From IMG/VR virus record IMGVR_UViG_3300031576_000464, positions 4,811 to 68,810 of that record: a stretch of DNA of 64,000 nucleotides. The stretch is one strand, 5' to 3'. Under the pieces are notes generated by a model. That model was not told the origin of the DNA, ran no database searches, and saw nothing but the letters and a program-made list of their open reading frames with translations. This stretch comes from a virus (taxonomy: Duplodnaviria; Caudoviricetes). Position numbers and translations under genes: made by a program. Of the stretch, positions 17,972-26,611 are shown piece after piece (the stretch's first letter is position 1; each line of letters opens with the position of its first letter).

Positions 17972-19959
17972 CTTCCATCCAAAGCAAGGTGAATCTTTCC
18001 CTTCTTCTCCCATTCTGTCCATAATCTGTTAGCACTGTTCTCACTGTGTCTTTCTGCTGTAGATAATGTTTTAATAAACTCTGAACAATCCACAGTACCA
18101 ACTTCATTCTTTAATGATTCCCAAACTCTATATCCTATCTGTTCTTTGCTTTCCTTCTCTGTAAACCCCATAATAGATGTCTGTAATGACTTTCCCGTTT
18201 CTATGTCTATTCCAAAACTTTTATAACTTTCTCTGAATACTTCTATTACTTCATTAACATCTTCTACATCTACCACATCCTTGAATAGAATCTTGGCATG
18301 GGCCATTGATAATCTAACTATGGCTTCCAGCTGTCTTATACCAACAGGTATTGCATTCTTCTCAACTCTAGATAATCCACGCATCTTCTTATAGAGTTCT
18401 AATAGTTTATCTCCTGCCTCTTTAGACAATACTGGTTTTAAATCTCTTACATAATTTAAAAATGAACCAAGTTTTTCTTTATTAATATATACTTTAGAAT
18501 GTGCATCAGCCTTAACATAAGATGATAATACATGTCTTGCTTTATATGTATCAGATATGTCATCTATCTTATCTACAACCAAGAACACAAGATCAAATCT
18601 TGATAGTAAAGGCGGTGGTAAATCTATATTCTGTGCCAGTGATATATCTATATCATATACTCCATATATTGGATTAGCTGCAGCAAGTGTAGATACCACG
18701 GCAGGAACTGTCATGTTAACACCAGCCTTTGCCAAAGACACCGTTCCCTGCTCCATGGCCTCATGCATTCCACTCCTGTCATCTACATTCATTTTATCAA
18801 ATTCATCTATGAAGGCATGTCCGTTATGACATAACGGGTATACTCCCAGTCTAGCTATACTAGTTCCATTTGGTAGCTTAACCATTCCTGCAGTAAGACC
18901 AGCGGCGGAGGAACCCTTACCAGATGCATATATACTCTTTGGTGTAATAGATTTACCAAATTTTAATAGTTCAGATTTGGCCATTGATGGGTCTCCTACT
19001 AATAATATGTTAATCTCTCCTCTCTTATCAGTCTTTACTCCTCCCGCCAGCTGTAGCAAAATGGCCTTTTTTATGTCCCTCATACCATATATATTGGGTG
19101 CAAAACAGTCTATTAACATATCGACAAACTCTGGTTTCTTGGAATCTTTAATATATTCTGTTATCTCCTCCGGAGTCGGTTTGTTTTTCTTTACTTCATC
19201 CATATCCTTTATTCCCACCACATCTAAAATTATATTATGCTCGTGTTTTCTTATATCATTAATATCAATTTTAAACATGGCTGTAATATCCTTCTTCTGT
19301 CCAGGAAATACAGTACCTACATCAGTATGTTTAATTTTACCCACAAACAAAACCGGACTATTGTTTTCAGACTCATCCATTGGTTCCTGGAGAAGAAGAG
19401 TCTGAATATATTCCATCTTAATTGACTTTGGGTTTATCTCCATCTTACATCTATTACATCCCTTATTATCACAAAATGGTGCCATAATCTTTCTATCAGT
19501 GTCACATTTTATAATCTCTTCAGAGTAACAATTATGACATATATATTCCGCCTCTGTGATGTACACCTTCCTGTCATCCACTCCTATAATTTCACAGAAG
19601 AATGTGATTGGAGTATTTGCATATTGCGGTGATATATTATGTAGTTTTAATCTTGTACTATCTGACAATCGTACAGTAAGGTCTTTGTATACTTCTTCAG
19701 TATTAATGAATTTCTTACTCCCCTCATGAATTATTCTCAACACTACCCTTCTTGCTATTTCCAGGAATCTATCTCCACCTATATCACATAATAGTTCTAC
19801 AAATTTTAGTTCTCCCACAACATTAATTATAAAAGTACTATGAGGCATAAGGCCATCTATTATTTTTGTGTTCTGATGTGACGATAGGACATTATATATT
19901 ATGTCTTCTACAGCGGCGTCTGAAAGAATTGACACCATTCCTATTTCTTCTGTAGACAT
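17956..19959 (-). CDS. mcm: MCM replicative helicase
   Basis: Zn finger CxxC..CxxxxC; Walker A GDPSMAKS; IDEFDKM; AAANP; LLSRFDL arginine finger. Confidence 0.96.
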   Translation of the reverse strand: MSTEEIGMVSILSDAAVEDIIYNVLSSHQNTKIIDGLMPHSTFIINVVGELKFVELLCDIGGDRFLEIARRVVLRIIHEGSKKFINTEEVYKDLTVRLSDSTRLKLHNISPQYANTPITFFCEIIGVDDRKVYITEAEYICHNCYSEEIIKCDTDRKIMAPFCDNKGCNRCKMEINPKSIKMEYIQTLLLQEPMDESENNSPVLFVGKIKHTDVGTVFPGQKKDITAMFKIDINDIRKHEHNIILDVVGIKDMDEVKKNKPTPEEITEYIKDSKKPEFVDMLIDCFAPNIYGMRDIKKAILLQLAGGVKTDKRGEINILLVGDPSMAKSELLKFGKSITPKSIYASGKGSSAAGLTAGMVKLPNGTSIARLGVYPLCHNGHAFIDEFDKMNVDDRSGMHEAMEQGTVSLAKAGVNMTVPAVVSTLAAANPIYGVYDIDISLAQNIDLPPPLLSRFDLVFLVVDKIDDISDTYKARHVLSSYVKADAHSKVYINKEKLGSFLNYVRDLKPVLSKEAGDKLLELYKKMRGLSRVEKNAIPVGIRQLEAIVRLSMAHAKILFKDVVDVEDVNEVIEVFRESYKSFGIDIETGKSLQTSIMGFTEKESKEQIGYRVWESLKNEVGTVDCSEFIKTLSTAERHSENSANRLWTEWEKKGKIHLALDGRWRLS

Positions 19960-20276
19960 TATAATCCAAGCTCCTTCTCCACTATGTTACTAAGTTGACC
20001 TATCCTTCTATGTAATTGTTTCTTTTCTATTATGTCCATAGATTTAACAATCTTCTTCCATGTATCTATGTCTGTGTATATATGAGGTATGGCTATTATA
20101 CCCTCCATCGTGTAGTCTGTTATACGTGGTGCATCATGTTTATGGTTTAACATCCACTCCTGCATAGCAATGGCGAGGGAGCCACTAAATGAATTCTTAT
20201 CAGGCTGTATCTTCTTAAATGATTTAATAACTTCATCTGCATTTTCCGTAGCAGAAAATGTATATGTTCTTGCCAT
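19959..20276 (-). CDS. Putative DNA-binding protein (RHH-like) heading the MCM operon
   Basis: Short strand (RTYTFS) followed by two helices; leaderless start; abuts mcm. Confidence 0.45.
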   Translation of the reverse strand: MARTYTFSATENADEVIKSFKKIQPDKNSFSGSLAIAMQEWMLNHKHDAPRITDYTMEGIIAIPHIYTDIDTWKKIVKSMDIIEKKQLHRRIGQLSNIVEKELGL

Positions 20277-20331
20277 AAAGATAAAATAAGGAATGGGTGA
20301 TATAAGTCTTATTGACAGTAGTTAAGTAAGT

Positions 20332-20366
20332 AATAAGTAATTACTTAACACCCTCATTAGAGCTAT
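20332..20366. repeat. 35-bp repeat copy 1 with 14-bp palindrome TAAGTAATTACTTA
   Basis: aataagtaattacttaacaccctc-att-agagctat; 32/35 identical to 60527-60561. Confidence 0.85.
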
Positions 20367-20533
20367 CATTATTATTTATATCAACCTCAAATCTAGTGGT
20401 TATACCATCTTTTTCTATTTGTTGGACAAGTTCCTTCGCTTTGTCAATATGCATTATAGAACTATTTTCTTTTCCATTTCGTGTCCAAAATATTTTGAGA
20501 AACATACAACCTCAACACTATAACCCTATTTAA

Positions 20534-20767
20534 TTATTTGTATTTTTTCTTTATATTACTTTTACTTGGGAAGAATCTTTTCAGATGTCCTCCACGTCTG
20601 TTATCATCTATATTAGATAGTTCATATATATATCCAAGTGCTACAAGTATATTTTTTTGGTTTATAGTATTCCTTATTGACATGCCAGTAAAGTGGGTTA
20701 TTTCTTCATATGTACATCCTGGATTATTTATTATATAATTAAGAGTCAATTCTTGATTAGGGTTCAT
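20534..20767 (-). CDS. Winged-helix DNA-binding protein
   Basis: LNYI..NPG.T..EI....G.S...........L...GYI pattern. Confidence 0.65.
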   Translation of the reverse strand: MNPNQELTLNYIINNPGCTYEEITHFTGMSIRNTINQKNILVALGYIYELSNIDDNRRGGHLKRFFPSKSNIKKKYK

Positions 20768-20927
20768 TTTGAAAACTTCCCAAATATATTGTCTTGTTGA
20801 TACTGATAATCAGTTATGTGCTCTTCATAATGCATGTCTGATTCTTCAAAATCATCTGTGAAAAACGTACAAAATGGACAATCAAACTGTGGTTTATCCT
20901 CCTCATCTTCTAATTCTTTATTTTTTT

Positions 20928-21329
20928 TCATTTTCTCCTCCATTTATTATCTTTAAACGTTATTGGTATAACGCCTGAACTTAGTGGTATTATGATTACT
21001 CCAGCCATATATCCCCAGAACCAAAACGGTGGTATATTCACATATTCTGATATTGCTCCAGCAGTCATTCCCGCAATTAACAAAGACAACATGATATATA
21101 GATACTTGGGGTCAAATAAATGTTCTGCCCACCCACTTTTAATAGCATCTTTGAAACCATCTATTGTTTTCTTTGCTCTATAAAATAAATACATAAAGAA
21201 TATTATATTTAACATTCTCATGAATAGTAAAGTTTCTGGTGTGTTGTATAACCACATTGCTACAAATGTTCCGAGGCTTAATGCTAGTATTACTCCCCAT
21301 ATTTTAATTACTTCTTGTTTGTTTCTCAT
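20928..21329 (-). CDS. Multi-pass membrane protein
   Basis: About four hydrophobic segments. Confidence 0.6.
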   Translation of the reverse strand: MRNKQEVIKIWGVILALSLGTFVAMWLYNTPETLLFMRMLNIIFFMYLFYRAKKTIDGFKDAIKSGWAEHLFDPKYLYIMLSLLIAGMTAGAISEYVNIPPFWFWGYMAGVIIIPLSSGVIPITFKDNKWRRK

Positions 21330-21982
21330 TATACGTACGAAGAAGGGATTGGCATATATGCTTCCATCTCCTTATGAACCTTATACGTTAGGTATACATC
21401 CTTCTCATTATGGTCCAGGATGTATGTTAGGGCCTTCTTATCTCCAAACTTTGCTAGATTCCATGTGGCACCGTCTACTCTGGTTTTTACTCCGGAGAGT
21501 CCAAATATTGTACCAACCTTGTCAAGACTATAACCACTTATTTTATATAATAGATGTGACATCTTCCATGTATCTGCAAATCTTTTACTTTTATATATTG
21601 GTAGTCCAGATATTTTATTAATAACCAATCTCGTTCTTACAAATGGCATATCCATCTTGTTCCATCCATTAAAATAATGTCCAACCATAAGGTCCAGGTC
21701 TTCTATATCCTTAAGCCATTTCTTAAGTATTCGTCCATCAAAGTTTGTATGACGTGCGCGGAGGGATGAATCAATATCTTTTTTGTTGATTATTCCCTGT
21801 CGCATCTCAGTCTTGCCGGTCTGCACGTCTCTTACCAATATACAATATGAAATAATAAATCCAAAATCAGCATCGAGGTTAGTAGTCTCTATGTCGAAGT
21901 ATCCTATTTTCTTTATCTTATAATGTTCATATTTTTCCTTCATTGACATTTTTTCGAAAGGTTTAGGTAATTTCTTCGCCAT
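21329..21982 (-). CDS. DnaQ/DEDD-like 3'-5' exonuclease (RNase_H_2/YprB-like)
   Basis: FDIETT, HY.NG..K.D.PF, DTW, HNEKDV. Confidence 0.85.
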   Translation of the reverse strand: MAKKLPKPFEKMSMKEKYEHYKIKKIGYFDIETTNLDADFGFIISYCILVRDVQTGKTEMRQGIINKKDIDSSLRARHTNFDGRILKKWLKDIEDLDLMVGHYFNGWNKMDMPFVRTRLVINKISGLPIYKSKRFADTWKMSHLLYKISGYSLDKVGTIFGLSGVKTRVDGATWNLAKFGDKKALTYILDHNEKDVYLTYKVHKEMEAYMPIPSSYV

Positions 21983-22322
21983 CTTCTTCCTCTACGTCAG
22001 TGGGGTTATTTAATCCTTTCTTAACTATGAATTTTGATTGATTTGGGTCAGCCTCTGGTGCCCTCCCAGCTCTAATCTTTCTCATATATTCTGAATATCT
22101 TTTACGATTAGAGAAACTATCTGACAGATGATGTATACATGGTTCAGCATAATTAAATTCTATCTTACAAATATCACAGAATCTCTTTATATTATGTAAG
22201 GCATCTTTGCATCTGGAAGCTCCCCATCGTCTCCACTGCCAGTATTCCCAACCATCAGTGTTTATCTTTGGTAAGCTTTCTACTCTTTGGAATGTCCCGT
22301 CCGGGTTTTGTTTTAATACCAT
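21963..22322 (-). CDS. Hypothetical Cys/His protein
   Basis: CDIC...CIHH. Confidence 0.5.
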   Translation of the reverse strand: MVLKQNPDGTFQRVESLPKINTDGWEYWQWRRWGASRCKDALHNIKRFCDICKIEFNYAEPCIHHLSDSFSNRKRYSEYMRKIRAGRAPEADPNQSKFIVKKGLNNPTDVEEEDGEEIT

Positions 22323-22509
22323 GTATATCTTTTAATAATTTAACTATCTTATCCTCCACCTCTGAATTAATCGTTGCTATATTTATAAGTTCCCTTATCT
22401 CTACATCAATAGTTTCTAGTGTTTCTTCCAAAGCAGTTATAACTGCTTCTACACTAATAAGACGTTGCTTCATTTTGAGTATTTCTTCACGGTTGTCCCA
22501 CTCTTCCAT
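22255..22509 (-). CDS. Coiled-coil hypothetical protein
   Basis: Heptad pattern. Confidence 0.5.
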   Translation of the reverse strand: MEEWDNREEILKMKQRLISVEAVITALEETLETIDVEIRELINIATINSEVEDKIVKLLKDIHGIKTKPGRDIPKSRKLTKDKH

Positions 22510-22711
22510 GTCACCAGAACGACCCCTTATCGGAACATGTTAGCTCTGCACCACAATGATAACAACGAAGATGACATGGCTGAATGTCAAACATCTGGTG
22601 GTCACATTTAATACAGAGTGGAAGTTTCTTAGTCATATTGGTCAACTGATAAAGCTCTGAATAGTTCAGGGTTTTCTTCTCTGATTTTCTTTAGTTGTTT
22701 TCTTAATCTTG

Positions 22712-22948
22712 TCATTGTAATTCTGGTATATGTAGCTCTAATGTCCTATTAAGTATTCTGAACATTCTCATGGTTCCTTTGAGTGTTGTATGCTTTGTAG
22801 AATGATATCTAACTAAACTTGTTGTTTTATTAGCCTCATTCATACATGGATAGGAGCAATAATTAGAAGGCCTCCCCGCCCTTTGCGGGGGAATGAATTC
22901 TTTTTTACAAATACCACATATGGGCTTTCCCATAAAGTTACGGTACAT
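22712..22948 (-). CDS. Small zinc-finger protein
   Basis: CGICKKEF...YCSYPC. Confidence 0.55.
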   Translation of the reverse strand: MYRNFMGKPICGICKKEFIPPQRAGRPSNYCSYPCMNEANKTTSLVRYHSTKHTTLKGTMRMFRILNRTLELHIPELQ

Positions 22949-22950
22949 GT

Positions 22951-23385
22951 CTACTCCTTATACGCTACCAAGAGTTGGTCTACTAGTTTGCTTCTTATCT
23001 GTCCAAATGTGTGTGAGTTCTCTGGAATGTTTGGATACATTTCTCCGGCAATACTGTGAGCCAAAGATATCAAGGCCTTTACTTCCTCTCCAGCTCTTAC
23101 CATTCCTTCTGATATTGTCATATTAGGAATTGTTGCATTGAGTTCTGGATTTGATGACATGAATTTGTCTGTATATGAAGCATTGTTCACGGTTGTTCTT
23201 TGTGGAACAAAACTTCCTGTAACACTTACATTATGTTCCTTAGCACAATCTTCATTTGTACATGCAAAACTCTTTCCTTTGGAGTTCTTTACAAACTTAT
23301 CATAGAATATTGGTGCTCCCGTACTCCATGTGGCTCCACATTCTGGACACTGGCTAGCAAACTTAGCTGCTATTGTTTTTCCCAT
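22951..23385 (-). CDS. Zinc-ribbon protein
   Basis: CPECG...CTNEDC; TTTATATA 22-29 nt upstream. Confidence 0.65.
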   Translation of the reverse strand: MGKTIAAKFASQCPECGATWSTGAPIFYDKFVKNSKGKSFACTNEDCAKEHNVSVTGSFVPQRTTVNNASYTDKFMSSNPELNATIPNMTISEGMVRAGEEVKALISLAHSIAGEMYPNIPENSHTFGQIRSKLVDQLLVAYKE

Positions 23386-23392
23386 GGTAAGG

Positions 23393-23414
23393 TTTATATT
23401 CAGGCCTATATAAA
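23393..23414. promoter_or_regulatory. Overlapping divergent TATA promoters
   Basis: TTTATATT at 23393-23400 precedes + ATG 23422; TTTATATA on - strand at 23407-23414 precedes - ATG 23385. Confidence 0.6.
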
Positions 23415-23421
23415 TCTTATC

Positions 23422-23988
23422 ATGAGATTAGTGTTCTCCCCAGAATTGACTAAATTCACATTTAAGGATAAGTTAATGTATGAATCTGGAGTGTTAAATT
23501 TTATAGTTAAACACATTTCATATAAAGACTATATGAGATATGTTATGATGAATGAGTGGACAATTAATATATCTCATGTGAGTGAGTCAGATGAAGCCAA
23601 GTTTAAATCTGTAACACCAGGAGCGGTATTAGATTTCTCCATACCTCATGGTATAACTAATAATGTTAGTAAGACTGTGGATTGCTATCTTAGTAATGGT
23701 TCTGGTGATTTGTTTATCAGACAGAATATGTCTACAATTTTACATGAATTATGTCATATGATTTTATATCTATATTATGGTAATATGAAGATGAGATTAA
23801 GACTACAAGATAAAGCTGTTAGGAGTGGGCAAGAAGTAACACTCGCCAATGGGGAAGTACATAATAGGAAGGATGAGGGAAGGTTTTGGACTTACTCATT
23901 CGGAGGGAGGAAGGTAGGACCATTTACAATAGGAAAAATATCTATAAAGGCCATTGACATAAGAGATTTGTGTATAACCTCATTATAA
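23422..23988 (+). CDS. HEXXH metallopeptidase-like protein (probable start ATG 23422)
   Basis: LHELCH motif; TATA-proximal ATG. Confidence 0.6.
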   Translation: MRLVFSPELTKFTFKDKLMYESGVLNFIVKHISYKDYMRYVMMNEWTINISHVSESDEAKFKSVTPGAVLDFSIPHGITNNVSKTVDCYLSNGSGDLFIRQNMSTILHELCHMILYLYYGNMKMRLRLQDKAVRSGQEVTLANGEVHNRKDEGRFWTYSFGGRKVGPFTIGKISIKAIDIRDLCITSL

Positions 23989-24251
23989 TATGTTCATTAA
24001 TGTTCAATGCACCATTCTATGACTGCGATGATAGATGGATTATAGATATACAGCCAGAGGTTTTCTGTGAAAGCGGAAGTGGATGTACTAATTATAGGAC
24101 ACATGTCCTATATTTAAGACAAGACTTATTATATCCTGGTAGTGACATATTATGGCATGAACTAAAACATCTTAAGTGTTGGAACTATTATGACCCAAAG
24201 TATTGCCTGGGACATTTTGACCATCCAAAGAATTGGGATAAGTGGCACTGA
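23970..24251 (+). CDS. Small HEXXH protein with hydrophobic N-terminus
   Basis: LWHELKH; several Cys. Confidence 0.5.
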   Translation: MYNLIIICSLMFNAPFYDCDDRWIIDIQPEVFCESGSGCTNYRTHVLYLRQDLLYPGSDILWHELKHLKCWNYYDPKYCLGHFDHPKNWDKWH

Positions 24252-24288
24252 TAGAAATGCTTTTATAAACGATGATTCTATTATCTGT

Positions 24289-24528
24289 ATGGCTAAACCA
24301 AGAAAATCGGGAAACAAATTTACTACTATATCCATAAGTTGGGAAGACAAAACACTTTTAAGACGATTTGCAGAGAAGAAAAAGACTACCAAACATGGTG
24401 ATGTATACGAAAGTGACGGGGAAGTTCTACATAAACTACTCAAAGACCTTTCTGACGACCCGAAGTTGTATGAGCAATCTCATCCGACATATCCTTCAAG
24501 GCCTCAAGATGAATCCCAGCCAAATTAG
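24289..24528 (+). CDS. Ribbon-helix-helix-like regulator (probable start ATG 24289)
   Basis: TTISISWEDK.LL...ESD.EVL.KLL; TATA upstream. Confidence 0.6.
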   Translation: MAKPRKSGNKFTTISISWEDKTLLRRFAEKKKTTKHGDVYESDGEVLHKLLKDLSDDPKLYEQSHPTYPSRPQDESQPN

Positions 24529-24859
24529 TTCTTCTGGGAATCCATTTTACATGTATATCTTTATCCATTTTCTCTAGGCATTTTCCATGTAACTCTCTAA
24601 GTTTATCATTATTTACTTCCCACCTTCCATTAATTTGATTAACTATAAGCTGAGAGTCAGAATAAATTGTTATACCATCTTTTATATTATATGTCATTCC
24701 TCGTATATATTCAAGCGCAAATATCAGGGCAAGATACTCTAATTCATTATTGGTGGGTTCTCCCCTTCTGTGTTTTACTACATATCTCTCATGACTTGGG
24801 TCATATAGGCATATATTATGACAATGTGTTCCACCATCGATAAAAATCTCCATCACCAT
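24440..24859 (-). CDS. rnhA: Ribonuclease HI
   Basis: IFIDGG, TNNELEY.AL..ALE, IYSDSQL..NQ..G.W.V, WIPR..N. Confidence 0.9.
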   Translation of the reverse strand: MVMEIFIDGGTHCHNICLYDPSHERYVVKHRRGEPTNNELEYLALIFALEYIRGMTYNIKDGITIYSDSQLIVNQINGRWEVNNDKLRELHGKCLEKMDKDIHVKWIPRRTNLAGIHLEALKDMSDEIAHTTSGRQKGL

Positions 24860-25065
24860 CTATACCCTTTTATTCTCCAGAACCATACTATAGGAACCCA
24901 CACGTCACAATATAAACATAGAAATTTTTCTTTATTAAATGGCCATCCATATATAACAATATGACCTTCCTCAACCTCTATCTTCATTGTTTAGTTGTTT
25001 GATGTTTGGTAGTATAAATCTTTCTATGTATAAATCTTTATATACTCATAACCAAATAAATACAT

Positions 25066-25475
25066 ATGAAGAAAACTTGGGTTAATCCAAGACAACAAAA
25101 ATATTTTTTGAAAAATCATGATAAACTATTAGAATATCAACATCTATACAGAATAACAATAGAGAAAAATGGTTAGAGTCTCAGAAGAAAACGAGAGAAA
25201 AAAGAGGACATATTTATAATGAAAAAAAACGCGAATCATGGAATAAAATGAGAATTTATATTATAAATGATTTGGGAGGGAAATGTGTTAATTGTGGATA
25301 TAATGAAAACATAAATGGATTACAAATTGACCATATAAACGGAGTTTCTGGTAAAGAGAAAGAGTTGAGGAAAAAACATCATGGGTCGTGGTATATGATG
25401 AAAAACTATAACCTATTAAAAAAAGAGTTACAGGTTTTATGTGGGACCTGCCATTGTATTAAAACTAGGTTTTAG
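25066..25475 (+). pseudogene. HNH endonuclease, apparently frameshifted
   Basis: C-terminal CVNCG...LQIDHING...LQVLCGTCH; upstream ATG 25066 is out of frame by one base, with switch window about 25125-25176. Confidence 0.55.
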
Positions 25476-25630
25476 GGTGATTTGAGGTGTACAGTTTCCT
25501 ACAATTGTTACTACAATATATTCGTTGTCTTCCTTTATATCTATCGGGTAAAGTTACACCACACTCAATACAATAAAATTCATCTTTTGCTCTCATATAA
25601 ATGTTTCGTTCTTTCTAGTATTTAAATCTT

Positions 25631-26575
25631 TTAGGAGAATATCTTCTTTCTGAGCGTGCCTTTTTCTCTGAATTCTTGCAGCTCTTCTGGTGTTATTCCA
25701 TACTTCATACCATATGTTGTTCCATGTTGTTCTGGTACTCCCTTCATTTTTCTTTTTGGTTTGTCATCTCCACCATAAACTGGATTACTGGCTCCAGGTG
25801 TTCCTGTTGTCATACCTTCTCCGCCTTCTCCATCCTTCTCTTCTAGTTCAACGGCATTTATTGTTGGTATATCTGCACCCTTAAACTTTGAACCCTCTAC
25901 TGGGTCATGAACTTGAACTTTACCTGACGGTCCGGACAACGGCTTTGTGGCTCTTACTCCATCATCCTCGTATTCATCCGTAGCATCTAAATATGTGCGG
26001 GTTGTAATTCCTCCATACGCACCATACTCAACATCTGATTTCTCCTTTTTATCGGCGTCTTCATCTACTGGTTTTTGTACATGGGGATTATTAATAGCAT
26101 CTCTATATGATTCGCTTTCTTGTTTACGTGTAACTCCTTCTTCTCTACCTGCAAACCCTGACTTTTTCAATGTTTCTTTAGCTTCTTTTGGTAGGTCAAA
26201 CCAACCTCTTGAAGCCAACATTTGTGGTATTCCCACCTTATTTAGTATGTTTATTCTGGCATCCATGAACATTTTAGTCCACAAGTGAGATTCAATGTCT
26301 CCGGCATGGTATGTTTCGTTAATATGAGCATGTTCCATTTTATCTCCATTTATTATAGTAATATATTCACCCGTTTTTTGTATAACTTTTCCTGTTCCTC
26401 CAGGGTAAACTACAGTGTCTCCTATATGTGTATTTTGATAACGTTTATTAGTTTCATCTTCAGTGGGTGATTTCTTTCCCATTCCTCCCTCTACATATCC
26501 AATCTCTTCTTTCACGGGTTTGTCCTCATGGTCAGTTCCCTGTATATGTTGCTGTTCTAAGAATTTAGTTACCAT
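25631..26575 (-). CDS. Hypothetical acidic protein, possible internal virion protein
   Basis: Own leaderless promoter; low-complexity C-terminal half; downstream of terminase. Confidence 0.65.
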   Translation of the reverse strand: MVTKFLEQQHIQGTDHEDKPVKEEIGYVEGGMGKKSPTEDETNKRYQNTHIGDTVVYPGGTGKVIQKTGEYITIINGDKMEHAHINETYHAGDIESHLWTKMFMDARINILNKVGIPQMLASRGWFDLPKEAKETLKKSGFAGREEGVTRKQESESYRDAINNPHVQKPVDEDADKKEKSDVEYGAYGGITTRTYLDATDEYEDDGVRATKPLSGPSGKVQVHDPVEGSKFKGADIPTINAVELEEKDGEGGEGMTTGTPGASNPVYGGDDKPKRKMKGVPEQHGTTYGMKYGITPEELQEFREKGTLRKKIFS

Positions 26576-26581
26576 TACTTT

Positions 26582-26596
26582 ACCTAGTAACTAGGT
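26582..26596. promoter_or_regulatory. Inverted repeat ACCTAG-TAA-CTAGGT between TATA and start codon
   Basis: Perfect 6-bp inverted repeat seen directly. Confidence 0.4.
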
Positions 26597-26611
26597 TGTT
26601 TTTATATATTA

